IMG/VR virus record: IMGVR_UViG_3300043467_001216
From: a virus
Lineage: Duplodnaviria; Heunggongvirae; Uroviricota; Caudoviricetes
Length of the DNA stretch: 64,000 nt
Reading direction: 5' to 3' (one strand)
Made by a program: the position numbers and the translations under genes. The notes under the pieces are model-generated. The model had not been told where the DNA came from and did no database searches. It was given only the letters and a program-made list of their open reading frames with translations. Below are positions 31,101 through 42,753 of the stretch, piece by piece; position 1 is the stretch's first letter; each line of letters starts with the position of its first letter.

Positions 31101-34100
31101 CACCAACAAGAACACAAACACCAACTAACACTATAACACAAACACAAACACCAACAAATACAATAACAAGGACAAAAACACCTACTAACACAAATACCCC
31201 GACAAGAACTCAAACACCAACCAATACCCCAACAAGAACAGTCACACCAACAAATACAATAACAAGGACAAAAACACCTACTAACACAAATACCCCGACA
31301 AGAACTCAAACACCAACCAATACCCCAACAAGAACAGTCACACCAACAAGAACAGTCACACCAACAAACACAATAACAAGAACAGTTACACCAACCAATA
31401 CAATAACAAGGACCCAAACACCAACTAACACAAGAACACAAACGCCAACAAACACAATTACAAGAACACAAACGCCAACAAATACAATTACAAGAACTAA
31501 AACTCCAACAAATACATCAACACCATCACCAACACCACCAATAGAATGTCATTGTTTTAACGCCACAAATACACCTTCAGGTATAATAATACCGTCTTTA
31601 GGTAACGCCTCACCTTACCCAATAACGTTTAACGTATCTGGTTTAGATTCACCTGTAACTAGAATTGAAGTTAGAATTAGTGGTTACTCACACGCAGACT
31701 CTAGTGATGTCGCAATGATTTTAAAATCACCAAACGGTAACACCGCTTTGTTAACAGGTAGACAAGGAACATCAATCCAACCTGTTAATAATGTTAATAC
31801 AATTTTAACTGACTATTCACCAACATTATGGGATGGTTATAGTTCAGGTACTTACACTAACGACACTTACGTGTATAAATCAATTGCGTGGAACACCTCA
31901 GGTTTACCTGATTATACCGCAACTCAAAATGGTAATAGTTTAACAACATTTATCGGAACCTCAGCTGCTAACGCAAATGGTACTTGGGAATTATATATTC
32001 AAGATTTTGGTATAAATGGGGGTGGTAATATTTTAGGTATCATTATATGTATTTGTGATTATACTATCCTACCATCTCAAACCCCAACTCAAACCCCAAC
32101 ACCAACTAATACCATTACAAGAACTCAAACACCAACAAATACAATTACAAGAACTCAAACTCCAACAAATACAATTACAAGGACTCAAACGCCAACAAAT
32201 ACAATTACAAGAACTCAAACGCCAACAAATACTTCAACACCAACTAACACACCAACAAGAACGGTTACACCAACTAATACAATTACAAGAACTCAAACCC
32301 CAACAAATACAAGAACTCAAACCCCAACAAATACACCAACAAGAACTCAAACCCCAACAAATACTCGTACCCAAACTCCAACAAGAACACAAACCCCAAC
32401 AAACACAATAACAAGAACACAAACACAAACTCCAACAAGAACACAAACCCCAACAAACACAATAACAAGAACACAAACTCCAACAATTACACAACCACCA
32501 TTAATTTGTTTCACAGTTTCAACAGGTTTTGTAACTTGGACTTCTAACGTAAGTTCTTTAGGATTTTTTAATGGTTACCCTTATTATCCAATTTATGACT
32601 CAAATTCAATTTTAATAGGGTATGTTTACCTCTCACCAGGTGCGGAGGAATGGTTTTTCTCCTCATTATTAAACGGTGGTGAAACCTATTCAGTTCTTAC
32701 AGGTGGTATCGGAACACCACAATACCCAATAAATAACACTCCTTTTTTATGGACTGTTGAGGGGGGTATTTATTATATTACTCAGTCAACATTAGGTGTT
32801 TGTCCGACACCAACACCAACACCTACAAATACCACAACACCTACAAATACCACAACTAAAACCCAAACACCAACAAGAACTCAAACCCGAACCCAAACAC
32901 CAACAAGAACCCAAACCCAAACACCAACAAGAACCCAAACCCAAACACCAACAACCCCATATTCATTATTTCAAATTCAAAGTTGTTGTAATTCATCATT
33001 ACATTTAATGTCATTACCAACAATTTACACACCATATTATGACAACCAACAATTTTTAACAATAACTTGGTCAGTTATTGCAACCGATGGTCTTTGTTAT
33101 AAAATACTTGGAGTGTCAACTGGCACACCAAATAAGATATGGAATAACGCCACACCAACACAAAATCTACCTTGGGCTCCTGACCCTTGTACATTATGTG
33201 TACCATCAAATGTTTGTCCAACATTAACACCAACACAAACACCAACACAAACACCAACTAAAACCCCAACACCAACAAATACAATAACAAGAACTCAAAC
33301 CCCAACAAATACAATAACAAGAACTCAAACCCCAACAAGAACGGTTACACCAACAAATACAATAACAAGAACTCAAACCCCAAGTGTAACAAAAACCCCA
33401 ACAAACACAATAACAAGAACTCAAACACCAACAAGAACGGTTACACCAACTAACACAATAACAAGAACTCAAACACCAACCCCAACAAAAACACCTACAA
33501 GAACACAAACCCCAAGTGTAACAAAAACCCCAACAAACACAATAACAAGAACACAAACAAAAACCCCAACTAGAACCCAAACACCAACAAACACAAGAAC
33601 ACAAACGCCAACTAGAACTCAAACACAAACCCCAACAACACCATACACATTATTCAACGTTATTAGTTGTTGTGATTTGGTAACTCTTCACAAAATGTTA
33701 CTACCAACAATTTACACACCAAGTCAATTCCCGTATTTTACTTATGTAGTTAAAGATACATTAGGACAATGTTATCAAATTTTTGAATCAACGACAGGTG
33801 TTGCAAATAAAATATGGAATGGTGCACAACCCGCTTATGACCCAATTGGTGAACAATGCGGTATCTGTTTACAAACAAATCCTTGTCCGACACAAACACC
33901 AACACAGACAAGAACACAAACCCCAACAAAAACACCTACAAGAACACAAACCCCAAGTGTGACAAAAACACCTACACAAACGCCAAGTGTGACAAAAACC
34001 GCAACAAATACACCAAGTGTAACAAAAACACCTACAAGAACACAAACACCAACAAAAACGCTAACTCAAACACCAACAAAAACACCAGTACCTCGTCTAT

Positions 34101-36580
34101 GTTCTATGAGTGGTTATGTTTATGAAATATCTTGTTCTTCATTATATTGTGTTGTACCTTGTTGTAGTTTAAATCGTGTTTATCCTGAGTCAAATTGTGT
34201 TTTACCTTCAACCTGTAATGACCCATCATATATGGTCAGTATACCAAATATTGATATAAACTTTTTAGATGACAGTTTCTTTCAGATTACTACCTCAGAC
34301 CTTGAATGTTTTGATTGTGATAGTAATTGGACTGACGTTGATGAGAACATCGCCATTAACAGAAATGAATTTTTACAAAAGTATCTTCAAAATTTAGATT
34401 ATAGATATAATGGTTGGACTACAGATGTTAACTCATTAACTTCTTATTACCAATTTTTTGGTAGTAATAGTTCCAAATTTTCCAGAACTAAACTTAGATT
34501 AGTTAATTATAAGTGGTATAGACCGTTAAATTATTATGAATCTTGGACCACACCAACTTTTTGTACAACATCACTATCAACAATATTTGGACCAATAACA
34601 GGTTTTACTTATTTACCACCAATTAACAACATATCATTAGCACCAACACCTAGTGTTAATGGTCGTTTAATTGTAACAACAGGAGCAACACAATCAACTT
34701 ATTTTTGGAATCCAACAACTAATACTTGGACTGACATTAACAATACTAGTTGTGTTGCACAAAGTATAAACCAATTATTACTTGTTATGAACCAAATTAG
34801 GAATATATCAAGTAGTAAAAAAAGCACATTATTATTAGGAAATTCCGTTTTTACCAAAATAGGATTATATTTACCAGCATTTCAATTTTTTAAATATAGA
34901 AATTATACATTACCATCAGGTCCATTAAGTTTAAGTGAGACCGAAAACATTGTTACAGAACCAATAATTGAACAAATAACCGAACCATTACAAATAAGTT
35001 GTTTAGCCAATAGTTATGTTATGGTATTACCTGAATCATTACCAAGCAATACGGTTGTTAAAGATAATAATGGTTTATGTTATAGAACAATACAAGAAAA
35101 CCCGATAAATAGCCCTTACATAGGACCAATGTTATATCAAAGTGGTTCTACAACATTTGTTGATTGTCAAAACTGTAGTAACTCAATTACAGTTCAAATA
35201 TTAGCACAAACTGATTTACCTTTATACGCCAATTGTGACATAGTTACCTCAACAAGTATGGTATATCGTGTTAATAACGGACCTTGGGTTACTTTATCTT
35301 CAGTAGTTGACGCTACCGGTACGACATACACAGTCTTAAATTCTATAACAGTTGGTGTAGGTGTTACTATTGATGTCTATTTTCCAGGAATCAAATGGGG
35401 TGTCGGATATTTATCAGGTGATTATACATCAAGATGTGATAACCAATATTACACATATTCAGTTTCTAGCTTAGCTAATGGTGTGATATATTTTAATTTA
35501 AAAAGTCAGGTAACAGTACTACCTGTACCGCCATTTATTCAATATCAATGTGGATTTGAACCTTGCCCCTCATTTACAATTCCCAATCCTTGGAGATGGA
35601 CATGGTATGATTCATTTACCGAAGATAATATCTTCACAATGTCAGAATCACCTGGTGTTTGGAATGGTAGAAGATATTATGAAGTACCTAATAATAATTA
35701 TACTTCAACAGTTTCTTATGTTTGGTATGATACCCCAACAACAAATTGGTATAATTCATCTGTGTTAGGTTCAGGTACTTTATATTCTTATTTAGAGAGT
35801 TCATCGCCTACACAACCAATCAGTGGACCATTTAATCAATGGGTTGATTTATCAAGTGGACCATATATTATGATTAGTTCAGAACCTCAATACCCAATTG
35901 AAGTGTCGGGTCTTGTAGTATGGTTAGATGCTGGTTCTGATTTATCTTGGCCTAGTTTGGGAACTGCGTGGAACGATATTACGGATAATAATAATAACTC
36001 AACATTTTACCAATCATTAGTACCAACAAATGCCGCAACGGTTTTTTCATCAGATAAAATGGGTAATTTTAGTTTTAATGGTAGTAATCAAAAATTCGCA
36101 ATTCCTAACACATCAACATTATCAGCAATTACTAACACAGTATCAGTTGAGGTTTGGTTGAAACCAACATTATTTGCCAATCGAGAAATTTTCAGTAAAG
36201 GTAGTAATGATGGGATAAGAATGAGAATTGACCCAACAGGTCACTTATGGATGTTGGGAGCAAATGCACCTGGAATTGGTTTTGGCACATACACAAGTAC
36301 AGGAACAACAACATTAAACCAATGGAATCAAGTTGTTGGTGTATGGACATCAACAGGTTTCTACACATATATTAACGGTGTTGATTCAGGATATGATTTA
36401 AACTTGTCATTATTAATACAAGACTATAACTTACCACTTGATATTGGTTGTTTTACAGGTGACAATTCTAACTTCCACTATCAAGGTTATATGTCAATAT
36501 TTAGAATATATAATAGAGCGTTAACTTCCGATGAGGTATTGTCTAATTTTAACAGTCAAAAAGATAGATTTGGTTTATAA
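25193..36580 (+). CDS. Giant 3795-aa mucin-like modular fibre/adhesin (Thr-Pro repeats, Cys-rich modules, P-domain, C-terminal LamG)
   Basis: Uninterrupted 11.4-kb ORF; P-domain-like '[28 protein letters not shown]'; LamG '[25 protein letters not shown]'. Confidence 0.85.
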   Translation: MSVIYITSLTGHSPYDITICDLTRTYCEVVLTGVVSVPPVLEIPAFEPIEGEPLSEVLVIVTDSTGCEEFLYLSCEPTPTPTPTNTVTPTVTPTPNKCKCYTIINPTNDPLPFQITLCDGNTLITDIDGDTTLYYCGYDVVVESPVYILTPKFGCDVNGCPEPYPTSTPTPTVTPTLPPVIGNFRSCCDSSYEFRISNIPGSYSPLNGTYFISNTNFEGCAQYIGSTTSPIIFQHQFMGQSTNCYDCQIENPSYLCLTPTPTPTVTTTNTVTPTVTPTNTETPTQTPTNTNTQTPTVTETPTQTPTVTETPTQTPTVTETPTQTVTPTVTETPTQTITQTVTPTNTITRTQTPTNTRTQTPTNTRTQTPTNTNTQTKTQTPTNTNTQTPTNTETPTNTPTNTNTPTNTITPTNTRTQTQTPTNTITQTQTPTNTRTQTPTNTRTQTPTNTITSTQTPTNTITSTNTPTNTRTQTPTKTQTQTPTNTRTQTPTNTITQTPTNTRTQTPTNTRTQTPTKTQTPTNTITQTKTQTPTNTITQTQTPTNTITQTPTNTNTQTPTNTQTPTNTNTQTPTNTITQTPTNTITQTNTQTQTRTQTPTNTNTSTPTNTITQTQTRTQTPTNTRTQTPTNTITRTQTRTQTPTNTPTKTQTPTVTITPTNTRTQTQTPTNTITQTPTNTTTNTPTTTQTPTPTTPYDLFIVESCCNNTTGFMELPISFTPTFFPSFSSFVVSDTNGFCYKIISSGPGGETPDLFWNGNYNDVYVDTGNGCVNCILVHPCPTATPTPTRTQTPTNTKTPTNTKTPTQTPTNTKTQTQTPTNTRTQTPTNTRTQTPTPTLPPLICFRYTNNITSGQILYNTTAGGFIYGKPYYGIIDSFTVIGYVWFDPTLQIWKYSESIGSGIIFSILNLDSEYPVSNSLHNWTGSFDGNSMLSSNIGICSTPTPTPTNTKTPTNTQTQTPTNTQTQTPTNTPTNTQTNTQTNTPTNTITQTPTKTVTPTNTRTQTPTNTRTQTSTNTSTPTKTVTPTNTITSTPTNTQTPTNTITQTPTNTVTQTNTSTPTNTITQTPTNTITQTPTNTITQTPTQTKTQTQTRTQTPTNTVTPTNTRTQTPTNTITQTPTKTQTQTPTNTRTQTPTNTRTQTPTNTITQTPTNTITQTQTITQTPTNTQTQTPTNTPTNTNTSTVTRTSNVTQTPTKSPGATPASTQTQTPTNTITPTNTITPTNTPTRTVTPTNTRTQTPTNTRTQTPTNTITQTPTNTRTQTPTNTRTQTPTNTITQTPTNTITQTPTNTVTPTNTVTPTNTITQTPTNTNTQTPTKTSTPTNTITSTQTQTRTQTPTNTNTPTNTRTQTPTNTITQTPTRTQTPTNTITQTPTKTITQTPTNTITQTQTPTNTITQTPTNTRTQTPTKTVTPTKTVTPTNTITQTPTNTRTQTNTPTQTPTNTRTQTNTPTPTTTQTPTPTNACYPGADYIVLVYNFPPGSGFGLNTETTLINPLTQGPLGYCVTGSQPSGIYGGPYLFWGGDNTNSQGSESIYVSVTSLKTAYPTLSSIQLTSKANWLTSFTTGALNITMYAYSGGTMISNTNFGFINVGGVLLAQRNFPQSTITGLNCPNNQCVGTFTYDISSGCFSKIPCIEPTSTPTQTSTPTNTQTQTNTQTNTPTNTTTQTQTPTNTRTQTQTPTNTRTQTQTPTNTRTQTPTNTRTQTPTKTVTPTNTITNTSTPTNTITQTPTNTKTPTNTITKTNTSTPTNTITQTPTNTNTQTPTNTRTQTQTPTNTRTQTQTPTNTRTQTPTNTRTQTPTNTRTQTSTNTPTQTKTQTQTPTTPYSIFKVSSCCFSSPVTYYMSLPTIFQPIIGPPGGNSYSYSVVDTTGQCFVVNELITSPLPPNKFWNGNYGQVYEGINTNPCIQCNTFNPCPTPTPTPTVTSTPTNTVTSTVTSTPTNTVTNTPTRTVTPTRTITPTRTQTPTRTQTPTNTITQTQTPTNTITRTKTPTNTNTPTRTQTPTNTPTRTVTPTNTITRTKTPTNTNTPTRTQTPTNTPTRTVTPTRTVTPTNTITRTVTPTNTITRTQTPTNTRTQTPTNTITRTQTPTNTITRTKTPTNTSTPSPTPPIECHCFNATNTPSGIIIPSLGNASPYPITFNVSGLDSPVTRIEVRISGYSHADSSDVAMILKSPNGNTALLTGRQGTSIQPVNNVNTILTDYSPTLWDGYSSGTYTNDTYVYKSIAWNTSGLPDYTATQNGNSLTTFIGTSAANANGTWELYIQDFGINGGGNILGIIICICDYTILPSQTPTQTPTPTNTITRTQTPTNTITRTQTPTNTITRTQTPTNTITRTQTPTNTSTPTNTPTRTVTPTNTITRTQTPTNTRTQTPTNTPTRTQTPTNTRTQTPTRTQTPTNTITRTQTQTPTRTQTPTNTITRTQTPTITQPPLICFTVSTGFVTWTSNVSSLGFFNGYPYYPIYDSNSILIGYVYLSPGAEEWFFSSLLNGGETYSVLTGGIGTPQYPINNTPFLWTVEGGIYYITQSTLGVCPTPTPTPTNTTTPTNTTTKTQTPTRTQTRTQTPTRTQTQTPTRTQTQTPTTPYSLFQIQSCCNSSLHLMSLPTIYTPYYDNQQFLTITWSVIATDGLCYKILGVSTGTPNKIWNNATPTQNLPWAPDPCTLCVPSNVCPTLTPTQTPTQTPTKTPTPTNTITRTQTPTNTITRTQTPTRTVTPTNTITRTQTPSVTKTPTNTITRTQTPTRTVTPTNTITRTQTPTPTKTPTRTQTPSVTKTPTNTITRTQTKTPTRTQTPTNTRTQTPTRTQTQTPTTPYTLFNVISCCDLVTLHKMLLPTIYTPSQFPYFTYVVKDTLGQCYQIFESTTGVANKIWNGAQPAYDPIGEQCGICLQTNPCPTQTPTQTRTQTPTKTPTRTQTPSVTKTPTQTPSVTKTATNTPSVTKTPTRTQTPTKTLTQTPTKTPVPRLCSMSGYVYEISCSSLYCVVPCCSLNRVYPESNCVLPSTCNDPSYMVSIPNIDINFLDDSFFQITTSDLECFDCDSNWTDVDENIAINRNEFLQKYLQNLDYRYNGWTTDVNSLTSYYQFFGSNSSKFSRTKLRLVNYKWYRPLNYYESWTTPTFCTTSLSTIFGPITGFTYLPPINNISLAPTPSVNGRLIVTTGATQSTYFWNPTTNTWTDINNTSCVAQSINQLLLVMNQIRNISSSKKSTLLLGNSVFTKIGLYLPAFQFFKYRNYTLPSGPLSLSETENIVTEPIIEQITEPLQISCLANSYVMVLPESLPSNTVVKDNNGLCYRTIQENPINSPYIGPMLYQSGSTTFVDCQNCSNSITVQILAQTDLPLYANCDIVTSTSMVYRVNNGPWVTLSSVVDATGTTYTVLNSITVGVGVTIDVYFPGIKWGVGYLSGDYTSRCDNQYYTYSVSSLANGVIYFNLKSQVTVLPVPPFIQYQCGFEPCPSFTIPNPWRWTWYDSFTEDNIFTMSESPGVWNGRRYYEVPNNNYTSTVSYVWYDTPTTNWYNSSVLGSGTLYSYLESSSPTQPISGPFNQWVDLSSGPYIMISSEPQYPIEVSGLVVWLDAGSDLSWPSLGTAWNDITDNNNNSTFYQSLVPTNAATVFSSDKMGNFSFNGSNQKFAIPNTSTLSAITNTVSVEVWLKPTLFANREIFSKGSNDGIRMRIDPTGHLWMLGANAPGIGFGTYTSTGTTTLNQWNQVVGVWTSTGFYTYINGVDSGYDLNLSLLIQDYNLPLDIGCFTGDNSNFHYQGYMSIFRIYNRALTSDEVLSNFNSQKDRFGL
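25960..34090 (+). repeat. Nine low-complexity coding blocks of TPT(N/K/R)T(R/I/Q)TQ-type repeats (A/C-rich, G-poor)
   Basis: Degenerate 18-30-nt units such as acaccaacaaatacaagaactcaa, separated by globular modules. Confidence 0.95.
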
Positions 36581-36632
36581 TTAAATCTTTATTTATATAA
36601 TAATAAACTTATTTTTTAAAAAAAAATGAAGT

Positions 36633-37880
36633 ATGAAAATTTTTGTGCAAATTGCATCGTATAGAGACCCTGAATTGGAGAACACAATTAAAAGCATGAT
36701 TGAGAATGCTAAAAAACCTAACAATCTTAGAATTGGTGTTTGTAGACAATACCACCCTGAAGATGGTTTTGATACCTTAAATGAATTTAGAAAAGATAAA
36801 AAATTTAGAATATTAGATGTTTTATATAACGAATCTAAAGGTGTTTGTTGGGCTAGAAATCAAGTACAACAATTATATGGTGGTGAGGAATACACACTTC
36901 AGATAGATTCACATATGAGATTTGAAAAAAATTGGGATGATGAATTTATTAAAATGGTTAAACAATTACAGAAAAAAGGATTTAAAAAACCTTTATTAAC
37001 GGGGTATGTATCATCATTTAACCCTGAAAATGACCCGGCTGAAAGAATTAAAGAACCTTGGAGAATGGTGTTTGACCGTTTTATCCCCGAAGGTGCGGTA
37101 TTCTTTTTACCTGAAACAATACCAGGTTGGGAACAATTAAAAGAACCTGTAACATCAAGATTTTACTCAGCTCACTTTGCCTTTACTGTAGGTCAATTTA
37201 GTACTGAGGTACAACACGACCCTGAATTTTATTTTCACGGAGAAGAGATTTCAATCGCCGCTAGAGCTTATACTCACGGATATGATTTGTTCCACCCACA
37301 TAAAACATTGATTTGGCACGAATACACAAGAAAAGGTAGAACAAAACAATGGGATGATGATAAAGAATGGGTAATGAGAAATAATGTGTCACATAGTAAA
37401 AACAGAAAATTGTTTGGTATGGATGGCGAATTATCTGATGTTGATTTTGGTATTTACGGTTTTGGTACTGAGAGAACACTTAAAGAATATGAAATTTACT
37501 CAGGTTTAAGATTTTCAAGACGTGCGGTTCAACAATACACGTTAGATAAAAACTACCCACCAAATCCATTTATATTTGAAACCGAAGAGGAATGGGAAGA
37601 TAGTTTTGCTACAATATTTAAACATTGTATTGATGTTGGTTATGACTCAGTACCTGAAACAGATTATGAATTTTGGGTAGTTGCTTTCCACGATGAAAAT
37701 GATGAAACAATTCATAGACAAGATGCTGATATTAACGAAATTAATCGTATGAAAAATGACCCTGACGGATATTGTAAAGTATGGAGAGAATTTCAAACAA
37801 CACATAAACCAAAGTATTGGGTTGTTTGGCCGTACTCGACATCTAAAGGATGGGGTGATAGATTAACAGGTAGTTTATAA
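36633..37880 (+). CDS. GT60-like polypeptide/hydroxyproline alpha-GlcNAc transferase (Gnt1 / 'GlcNAc' family)
   Basis: IFVQIASYRDPEL, GVCWAR, LQIDSHMRF..WD (DSH motif), 'FHGEEI..AARAYTHGYDLF'. Confidence 0.85.
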   Translation: MKIFVQIASYRDPELENTIKSMIENAKKPNNLRIGVCRQYHPEDGFDTLNEFRKDKKFRILDVLYNESKGVCWARNQVQQLYGGEEYTLQIDSHMRFEKNWDDEFIKMVKQLQKKGFKKPLLTGYVSSFNPENDPAERIKEPWRMVFDRFIPEGAVFFLPETIPGWEQLKEPVTSRFYSAHFAFTVGQFSTEVQHDPEFYFHGEEISIAARAYTHGYDLFHPHKTLIWHEYTRKGRTKQWDDDKEWVMRNNVSHSKNRKLFGMDGELSDVDFGIYGFGTERTLKEYEIYSGLRFSRRAVQQYTLDKNYPPNPFIFETEEEWEDSFATIFKHCIDVGYDSVPETDYEFWVVAFHDENDETIHRQDADINEINRMKNDPDGYCKVWREFQTTHKPKYWVVWPYSTSKGWGDRLTGSL

Positions 37881-37894
37881 AAATATTAAATAAA

Positions 37895-38674
37895 GTGAAT
37901 GTTATAGCATCAAAAATATTTGGAGGTCTAGGTAACACAATGTTTCAAATAGCAACAGGATATTCAAAATCATTAGATGAAAATTCTGATTTTATTGTTG
38001 ATATTACGGAACTTTATAATAATCATCACCCGATATCCAAATATGTTAACAATATCTTCCAAAGAATAAAATTATCATATAACAAAATACATTATGATGT
38101 ATATAATGTTCCACATTTTCATTATTGTGAATTACCTAATTTTGATAGAAACATTAAATTATCAGGATATTTCCAAAGTGATAAATATTTTAAGAAAAAC
38201 CGAGAAAAAATATTAGAGATTTTCGAGTGTAATAACGAAATTAAAGAAAAATTGTTAATTAAATATAATGATATTTTAAAAACTAAAACTTGTTCAGTTC
38301 ATATTCGAAGAGGTGATTATCTTCATTTAAATAATTACCACCCTGTTTTATCTTTTGATTTTTATGAAGAATCTTATAATATTATTGGTGAGGATTCGAC
38401 ATATCTTATATTTTCAGATGATATTGAATTTTGTAAAACCAACTTTGACTTCATTAAAAATAAAATTTATATTGAAGGTTTAGAAGATTATGAAGAATTA
38501 TACTTAATGTCATTTTGTGATAACAATGTAATTGCTAATAGTAGTTTTAGTTGGTGGGGTGCTTGGTTAAATAAAAAAGAAAATATCGTTATCTCCCCCC
38601 GTAAATGGTTTGGTCCGTCTTATAGTTCATACATAACAGACGACCTTTATCCTGATAATTGGTTAATAATATAA
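37895..38674 (+). CDS. GT11 alpha-1,2-fucosyltransferase
   Basis: GGLGNTMFQ, GYFQS.KYF, SVHIRRGDY, IFSDD, ANSSFSWWGAWL. Confidence 0.92.
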   Translation: MNVIASKIFGGLGNTMFQIATGYSKSLDENSDFIVDITELYNNHHPISKYVNNIFQRIKLSYNKIHYDVYNVPHFHYCELPNFDRNIKLSGYFQSDKYFKKNREKILEIFECNNEIKEKLLIKYNDILKTKTCSVHIRRGDYLHLNNYHPVLSFDFYEESYNIIGEDSTYLIFSDDIEFCKTNFDFIKNKIYIEGLEDYEELYLMSFCDNNVIANSSFSWWGAWLNKKENIVISPRKWFGPSYSSYITDDLYPDNWLII

Positions 38675-38687
38675 AAACACACATAAT

Positions 38688-39422
38688 ATGAACTTAAATG
38701 AAATACCAAAATTTGTCCTAAACTTAGAAAAAAGAACCGATAGATTAGAACATATTAAACAGGAAATGTCGTACATTGGGTGGGACTATGAATTATTTAA
38801 AGCGATTGACACAGGGTGTCATGTAGGATGTACATTATCTCATGTTGCCATTATTGATTTAGCGATTGAAAGAGATTATGAATACGTTATGGTAATTGAA
38901 GATGATTGCTCATTTTTACCTAACGCTAAATCATTTATAAAACAATTAAATGTTGTTTTAGAAAATACCGAATTTGGGATTCTAAATTTATCCCCAACAC
39001 ATAATCGACCTGTTGAAATTAGTGTGAAAGATAAAATGTTAATAGATATTACTAATTATCCACCAAAAGAAGAAATACATAGGGGTGTTTATGCGACAAA
39101 TATGATTGTATATCATAAATCAATATATGAGAATGTTAAGGGAATTATAACTGAAAATTTACATGGTTATTACCCAATTGATGAGTATATTTATCTTAAA
39201 GTATTACCAATCAAACAAAGTTATTGCCCAATATTACCAATAGCCCCTCAAAAAAGTGATTTCTCAGATGTTACCCAAGGTAATTATAGTAATTTTTATC
39301 TACAAACATACAATTGGAACTTATATTCCCCATATAAAATAGATTCAGAATTTTTAAATTACGAATCTAATCAACAAATAAAAAAGAATAATATACATAA
39401 AGAATTTAATTATGTCAGTTAA
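38688..39422 (+). CDS. GT25 glycosyltransferase (beta-galactosyltransferase family)
   Basis: 'VLNLEKRTDR', 'GCTLSH', 'VIEDD', 'PID'. Confidence 0.85.
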   Translation: MNLNEIPKFVLNLEKRTDRLEHIKQEMSYIGWDYELFKAIDTGCHVGCTLSHVAIIDLAIERDYEYVMVIEDDCSFLPNAKSFIKQLNVVLENTEFGILNLSPTHNRPVEISVKDKMLIDITNYPPKEEIHRGVYATNMIVYHKSIYENVKGIITENLHGYYPIDEYIYLKVLPIKQSYCPILPIAPQKSDFSDVTQGNYSNFYLQTYNWNLYSPYKIDSEFLNYESNQQIKKNNIHKEFNYVS

Positions 39423-40296
39423 AATTATAACATCAATTTATAGTGATTTATTTAGAACTAAATTTGGTGGTAGACCAAGTAGAGGTGGCCATTATAGATG
39501 GAGTTTATTATCATTATTAAAAATGTCTGATGCCGATTTCATTTGTTACACGTCGGAACGAGAAATTGAAGGATTAGAAACTTTTTTCTATGTTGAAAAC
39601 AACGTAGATAGGGATAAATTAAAATTAGTAACATACGATTTAGAAAATCATTATTTTTTAGAATTATTTAAAAAATACAAAAACTATGATGCGTGTGATA
39701 AAAATGGTAGTGATAGATGTATCGAAATCCAATATATGAAATTTATATGGTTTAAAAACGAGGACATGTCATATGACCATTATTTTTGGTTTGATGCCGG
39801 TTTATCTCATTGTGGATTAATACCTAATAAACATTTATCAAAAACAGGAATTCATAATAGTCAATATTATTCAAGTGATTTGTTTAATAATAACTTTTTA
39901 AGTAATTTAATATCTAAAAGTGAAGATAAATTCACTATTGTTAGTAAAGAAAACGACAGGAATTATTGGTCGGGTACTGTTAACCCAAAACATTTTATTA
40001 ATGGTTATGATAGAAGTAGACACGTAATTGGTGGTTTTTTTGGTGGTAAAAAAGAGTTATGGGTTAATGTGTTAGAATTATTTGAAAAGTATGTTAATGA
40101 GGTAACCGAATCGGATAATTACCTATATCACGAAGAAGATATTATGACATTAATGTTTAGAAATCATCCTGACTTATTTTTAAGTTATGAGTTTGACACT
40201 TGGTGGCATGAAGATGAAAGAATTGCCGGTCTTGTGATGGATGAACACTTAAAAATTAATAAAAGTTTTTATAAAATTTTAGAAGAATTAAATTAA
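39412..40296 (+). CDS. HtrL/YibB-like (GT-A, GT6-reminiscent) protein
   Basis: 'IITSIY', WFDAG, GGFFGG, 'HEEDIM'. Confidence 0.6.
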   Translation: MSVKIITSIYSDLFRTKFGGRPSRGGHYRWSLLSLLKMSDADFICYTSEREIEGLETFFYVENNVDRDKLKLVTYDLENHYFLELFKKYKNYDACDKNGSDRCIEIQYMKFIWFKNEDMSYDHYFWFDAGLSHCGLIPNKHLSKTGIHNSQYYSSDLFNNNFLSNLISKSEDKFTIVSKENDRNYWSGTVNPKHFINGYDRSRHVIGGFFGGKKELWVNVLELFEKYVNEVTESDNYLYHEEDIMTLMFRNHPDLFLSYEFDTWWHEDERIAGLVMDEHLKINKSFYKILEELN

Positions 40297-40297
40297 T

Positions 40298-42013
40298 ATG
40301 GAAAAACTAACAATCGTTACAGGTTTATGGGATATTGGTAGAGAACATTTAAATAATGATTGGTCTCGTAACTATAAACATTATTTAGATAAACTATCTG
40401 ATTTATTAAAGATTGATGTTAACTTAATCATTTTTGGTGATGAGAACCTTCAACAGTTTGTCAATAAAAACAGAGAAAATAGTAACACTCAATTTATTTT
40501 ACGTAACACAGATTGGTTTAAAAACAATGATTATTACGATAAAATACAAAAAATAAGAAATAACCCTGAGTGGTCTAATCAAGTAAGTTGGTTAAAAGAT
40601 TCTACACAATCCAAATTAGAGTTATATAATCCATTGGTGATGAGTAAAATGTTTTTACTTAATGACGCCAGAATTATGGATAAATTTAATTCTGATTATT
40701 TATTTTGGTTAGATGCCGGTATCACTAATACAGTTCATCCTGGATATTTTACTCACGATAAAGTATTAGAAAAATTACCTAAGTATTTAAAAAAATTCAC
40801 ATTTGTTGCGTTTCCGTATGACGCTGAAACAGAAATTCACGGATTTAATTATTCTGAAATTAACAAATACGCAGGGAACAAAGTTGAGATAGTTGGTAGA
40901 GGTGGTTTTTTCGGTGGTCATAAAGACACAATATCAAATATCAATGGTGTTTATTATTCATTATTAAATGAAACATTAAATAATGATTTGATGGGTACTG
41001 AAGAAAGTTTATTTTCAATTCTATTGTATAAACACCCTGAATTAACAAGCTTTTTTGAAATTGAAAAAAATGGTTTAATAGGTACGTTTTTTGAAAATCT
41101 AAAGAATGATAATTTAGAATTAAAACAAACAGTTCAAGTAATTTCTAACTTATCAAATAGTGTAACACCTTCAATATCACCAATTACATATCAAACTGTA
41201 GTTAATGATAAGGTTGGTTTATACGTTATCGGATTTAATAGTCCAAATCAATTACAAACATTAATTGATTCTATGTTAGAGTATGATAAAGATTTTATTG
41301 ACAAACCAAGAAAAATATTATTAGATAACTCAACTGATTTAACAACAACACCTATTTATAGTGAGTTGTGTTCTAAATATGGTTTTGAACACATTAAAAA
41401 AGATAATTTAGGAATCTGTGGTGGTAGACAATGGATTGCCGAACATTTTGAAAAATCTGATTTAGAATATATGTTCTTTTTTGAAGATGATATGTTCTTC
41501 TACCCTAAAAAAGGTGAAGTGTGTAGAAACGGGTTTAATCGTATGGTTGATAACCTATATGAGAAATCAATTAAAATATCTAAGAACGAAAATTTTGATT
41601 TTTTAAAATTAAATTTCAGTGAGTTTTTTGGAGATAATTCAGTTCAATGGTCTTGGTATAATGTACCTCAAGTTGTTAGAGATGAGTATTGGCCTGAATA
41701 CCCTAAGTTACCAGAACAAGGTACTGACCCTAACGCTCCTAAAGTGAGGTATGAAAATGTTAAATCATTAGATGGTGTACCATATGTTACAGGTGACATT
41801 TATTATTGTAATTGGCCTCAATTAGTCTCAAAATCAGGAAGTAAAAAAATGTTTTTAAATACAACTTGGGCTCACCCATATGAACAAACTTGGATGAGTT
41901 TTATGTATCAGGAGCTAAAGAAAGGTAATTTAAATTTTGGTTTGTTGTTATTAACACCAACCGAACATAACAGATTCGACCATTACAGTAGAGATTTAAG
42001 AAAAGAAAGTTAA
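40298..42013 (+). CDS. HtrL/YibB-like domain fused to a GT-A domain
   Basis: 'LTIVTGLWDIGR..WLDAG..GGFFGG..TEES'; second half 'LLDNS..NLGICGGRQ..FFEDD'. Confidence 0.65.
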   Translation: MEKLTIVTGLWDIGREHLNNDWSRNYKHYLDKLSDLLKIDVNLIIFGDENLQQFVNKNRENSNTQFILRNTDWFKNNDYYDKIQKIRNNPEWSNQVSWLKDSTQSKLELYNPLVMSKMFLLNDARIMDKFNSDYLFWLDAGITNTVHPGYFTHDKVLEKLPKYLKKFTFVAFPYDAETEIHGFNYSEINKYAGNKVEIVGRGGFFGGHKDTISNINGVYYSLLNETLNNDLMGTEESLFSILLYKHPELTSFFEIEKNGLIGTFFENLKNDNLELKQTVQVISNLSNSVTPSISPITYQTVVNDKVGLYVIGFNSPNQLQTLIDSMLEYDKDFIDKPRKILLDNSTDLTTTPIYSELCSKYGFEHIKKDNLGICGGRQWIAEHFEKSDLEYMFFFEDDMFFYPKKGEVCRNGFNRMVDNLYEKSIKISKNENFDFLKLNFSEFFGDNSVQWSWYNVPQVVRDEYWPEYPKLPEQGTDPNAPKVRYENVKSLDGVPYVTGDIYYCNWPQLVSKSGSKKMFLNTTWAHPYEQTWMSFMYQELKKGNLNFGLLLLTPTEHNRFDHYSRDLRKES

Positions 42014-42040
42014 AAGAGGTAGTAATACCTCTTTTGTTTT
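42012..42040 (+). terminator. Rho-independent terminator closing the GT operon
   Basis: aaaagaggta-GTAA-tacctctttt followed by a T-run. Confidence 0.85.
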
Positions 42041-42075
42041 TTTAATATCAAACTATTTATAATTAAAAATAGTAG

Positions 42076-42717
42076 ATGGATTTTTTTATAAAAAAAAATG
42101 CAACATTACCTTTATTAAAGTTACAAGTCGTTAATAACGGAAGAAGTGATTTTGATAATTTTATGAAAACAATAGAATTATCGGCAATCTTTTTTTCTAT
42201 GGTGGATGTTGATACGGGAATACCTAAAATAAGTTCTAAACCAGGAGGATTTGTTGAGAAAACATTTATAGACCCTAATGCGGAACCTGAATATTATATA
42301 TACTATCAGTTAACTTCAACTGACACTAACCGTGTTGGTAAATATGAAGGTCAATTTCTATTAAGAAGTGATGAGGGTGTTTTAATATTACCAATACGTG
42401 AAAAACTAAATGTTTACGTTCAGGAATCATTTATTGCTAACGATTTAACATACGAAAGTTGTTATGTGTCTGAATTCCCTTGTTGTGTTAATGGTCCTTA
42501 TGTTACAACAACAACAACAACACCTTGTCCTAGTTGTGGTCCTCAAACAACACCAACACCAACAATTAGTGTAACACCAACAACAACACCAACAAGAACA
42601 CCTACACCAACACCAACACCTTCATCAACACCAACTCAACAAGTATTTGATAATCCGGTTTTAATAGACCCTGACACTTATTTTGAGGTTGGTGAAAATC
42701 AATATTTAACATTTTAA
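42076..42717 (+). CDS. Putative baseplate/fibre adaptor (BppU-N-like) with a Thr-Pro tail
   Basis: 'FFIKKNATLPLL..YY..DTNRVGKYEGQF' followed by TPT repeats. Confidence 0.55.
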   Translation: MDFFIKKNATLPLLKLQVVNNGRSDFDNFMKTIELSAIFFSMVDVDTGIPKISSKPGGFVEKTFIDPNAEPEYYIYYQLTSTDTNRVGKYEGQFLLRSDEGVLILPIREKLNVYVQESFIANDLTYESCYVSEFPCCVNGPYVTTTTTTPCPSCGPQTTPTPTISVTPTTTPTRTPTPTPTPSSTPTQQVFDNPVLIDPDTYFEVGENQYLTF

Positions 42718-42753
42718 AAATTAAAATAATATTTATATAAAAAAATAGAACAA

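Noticed and set aside
25960-34090. Repeat arrays as a possible CRISPR array or satellite
   Set aside because: Units are degenerate at third codon positions and in frame, with no constant repeat plus unique spacer structure
25234-34125. Many Cys/Trp/Val-rich minus-strand and alternative-frame ORFs
   Set aside because: Shadows of the A/C-rich Thr-Pro repeats, which lack stop codons in other frames
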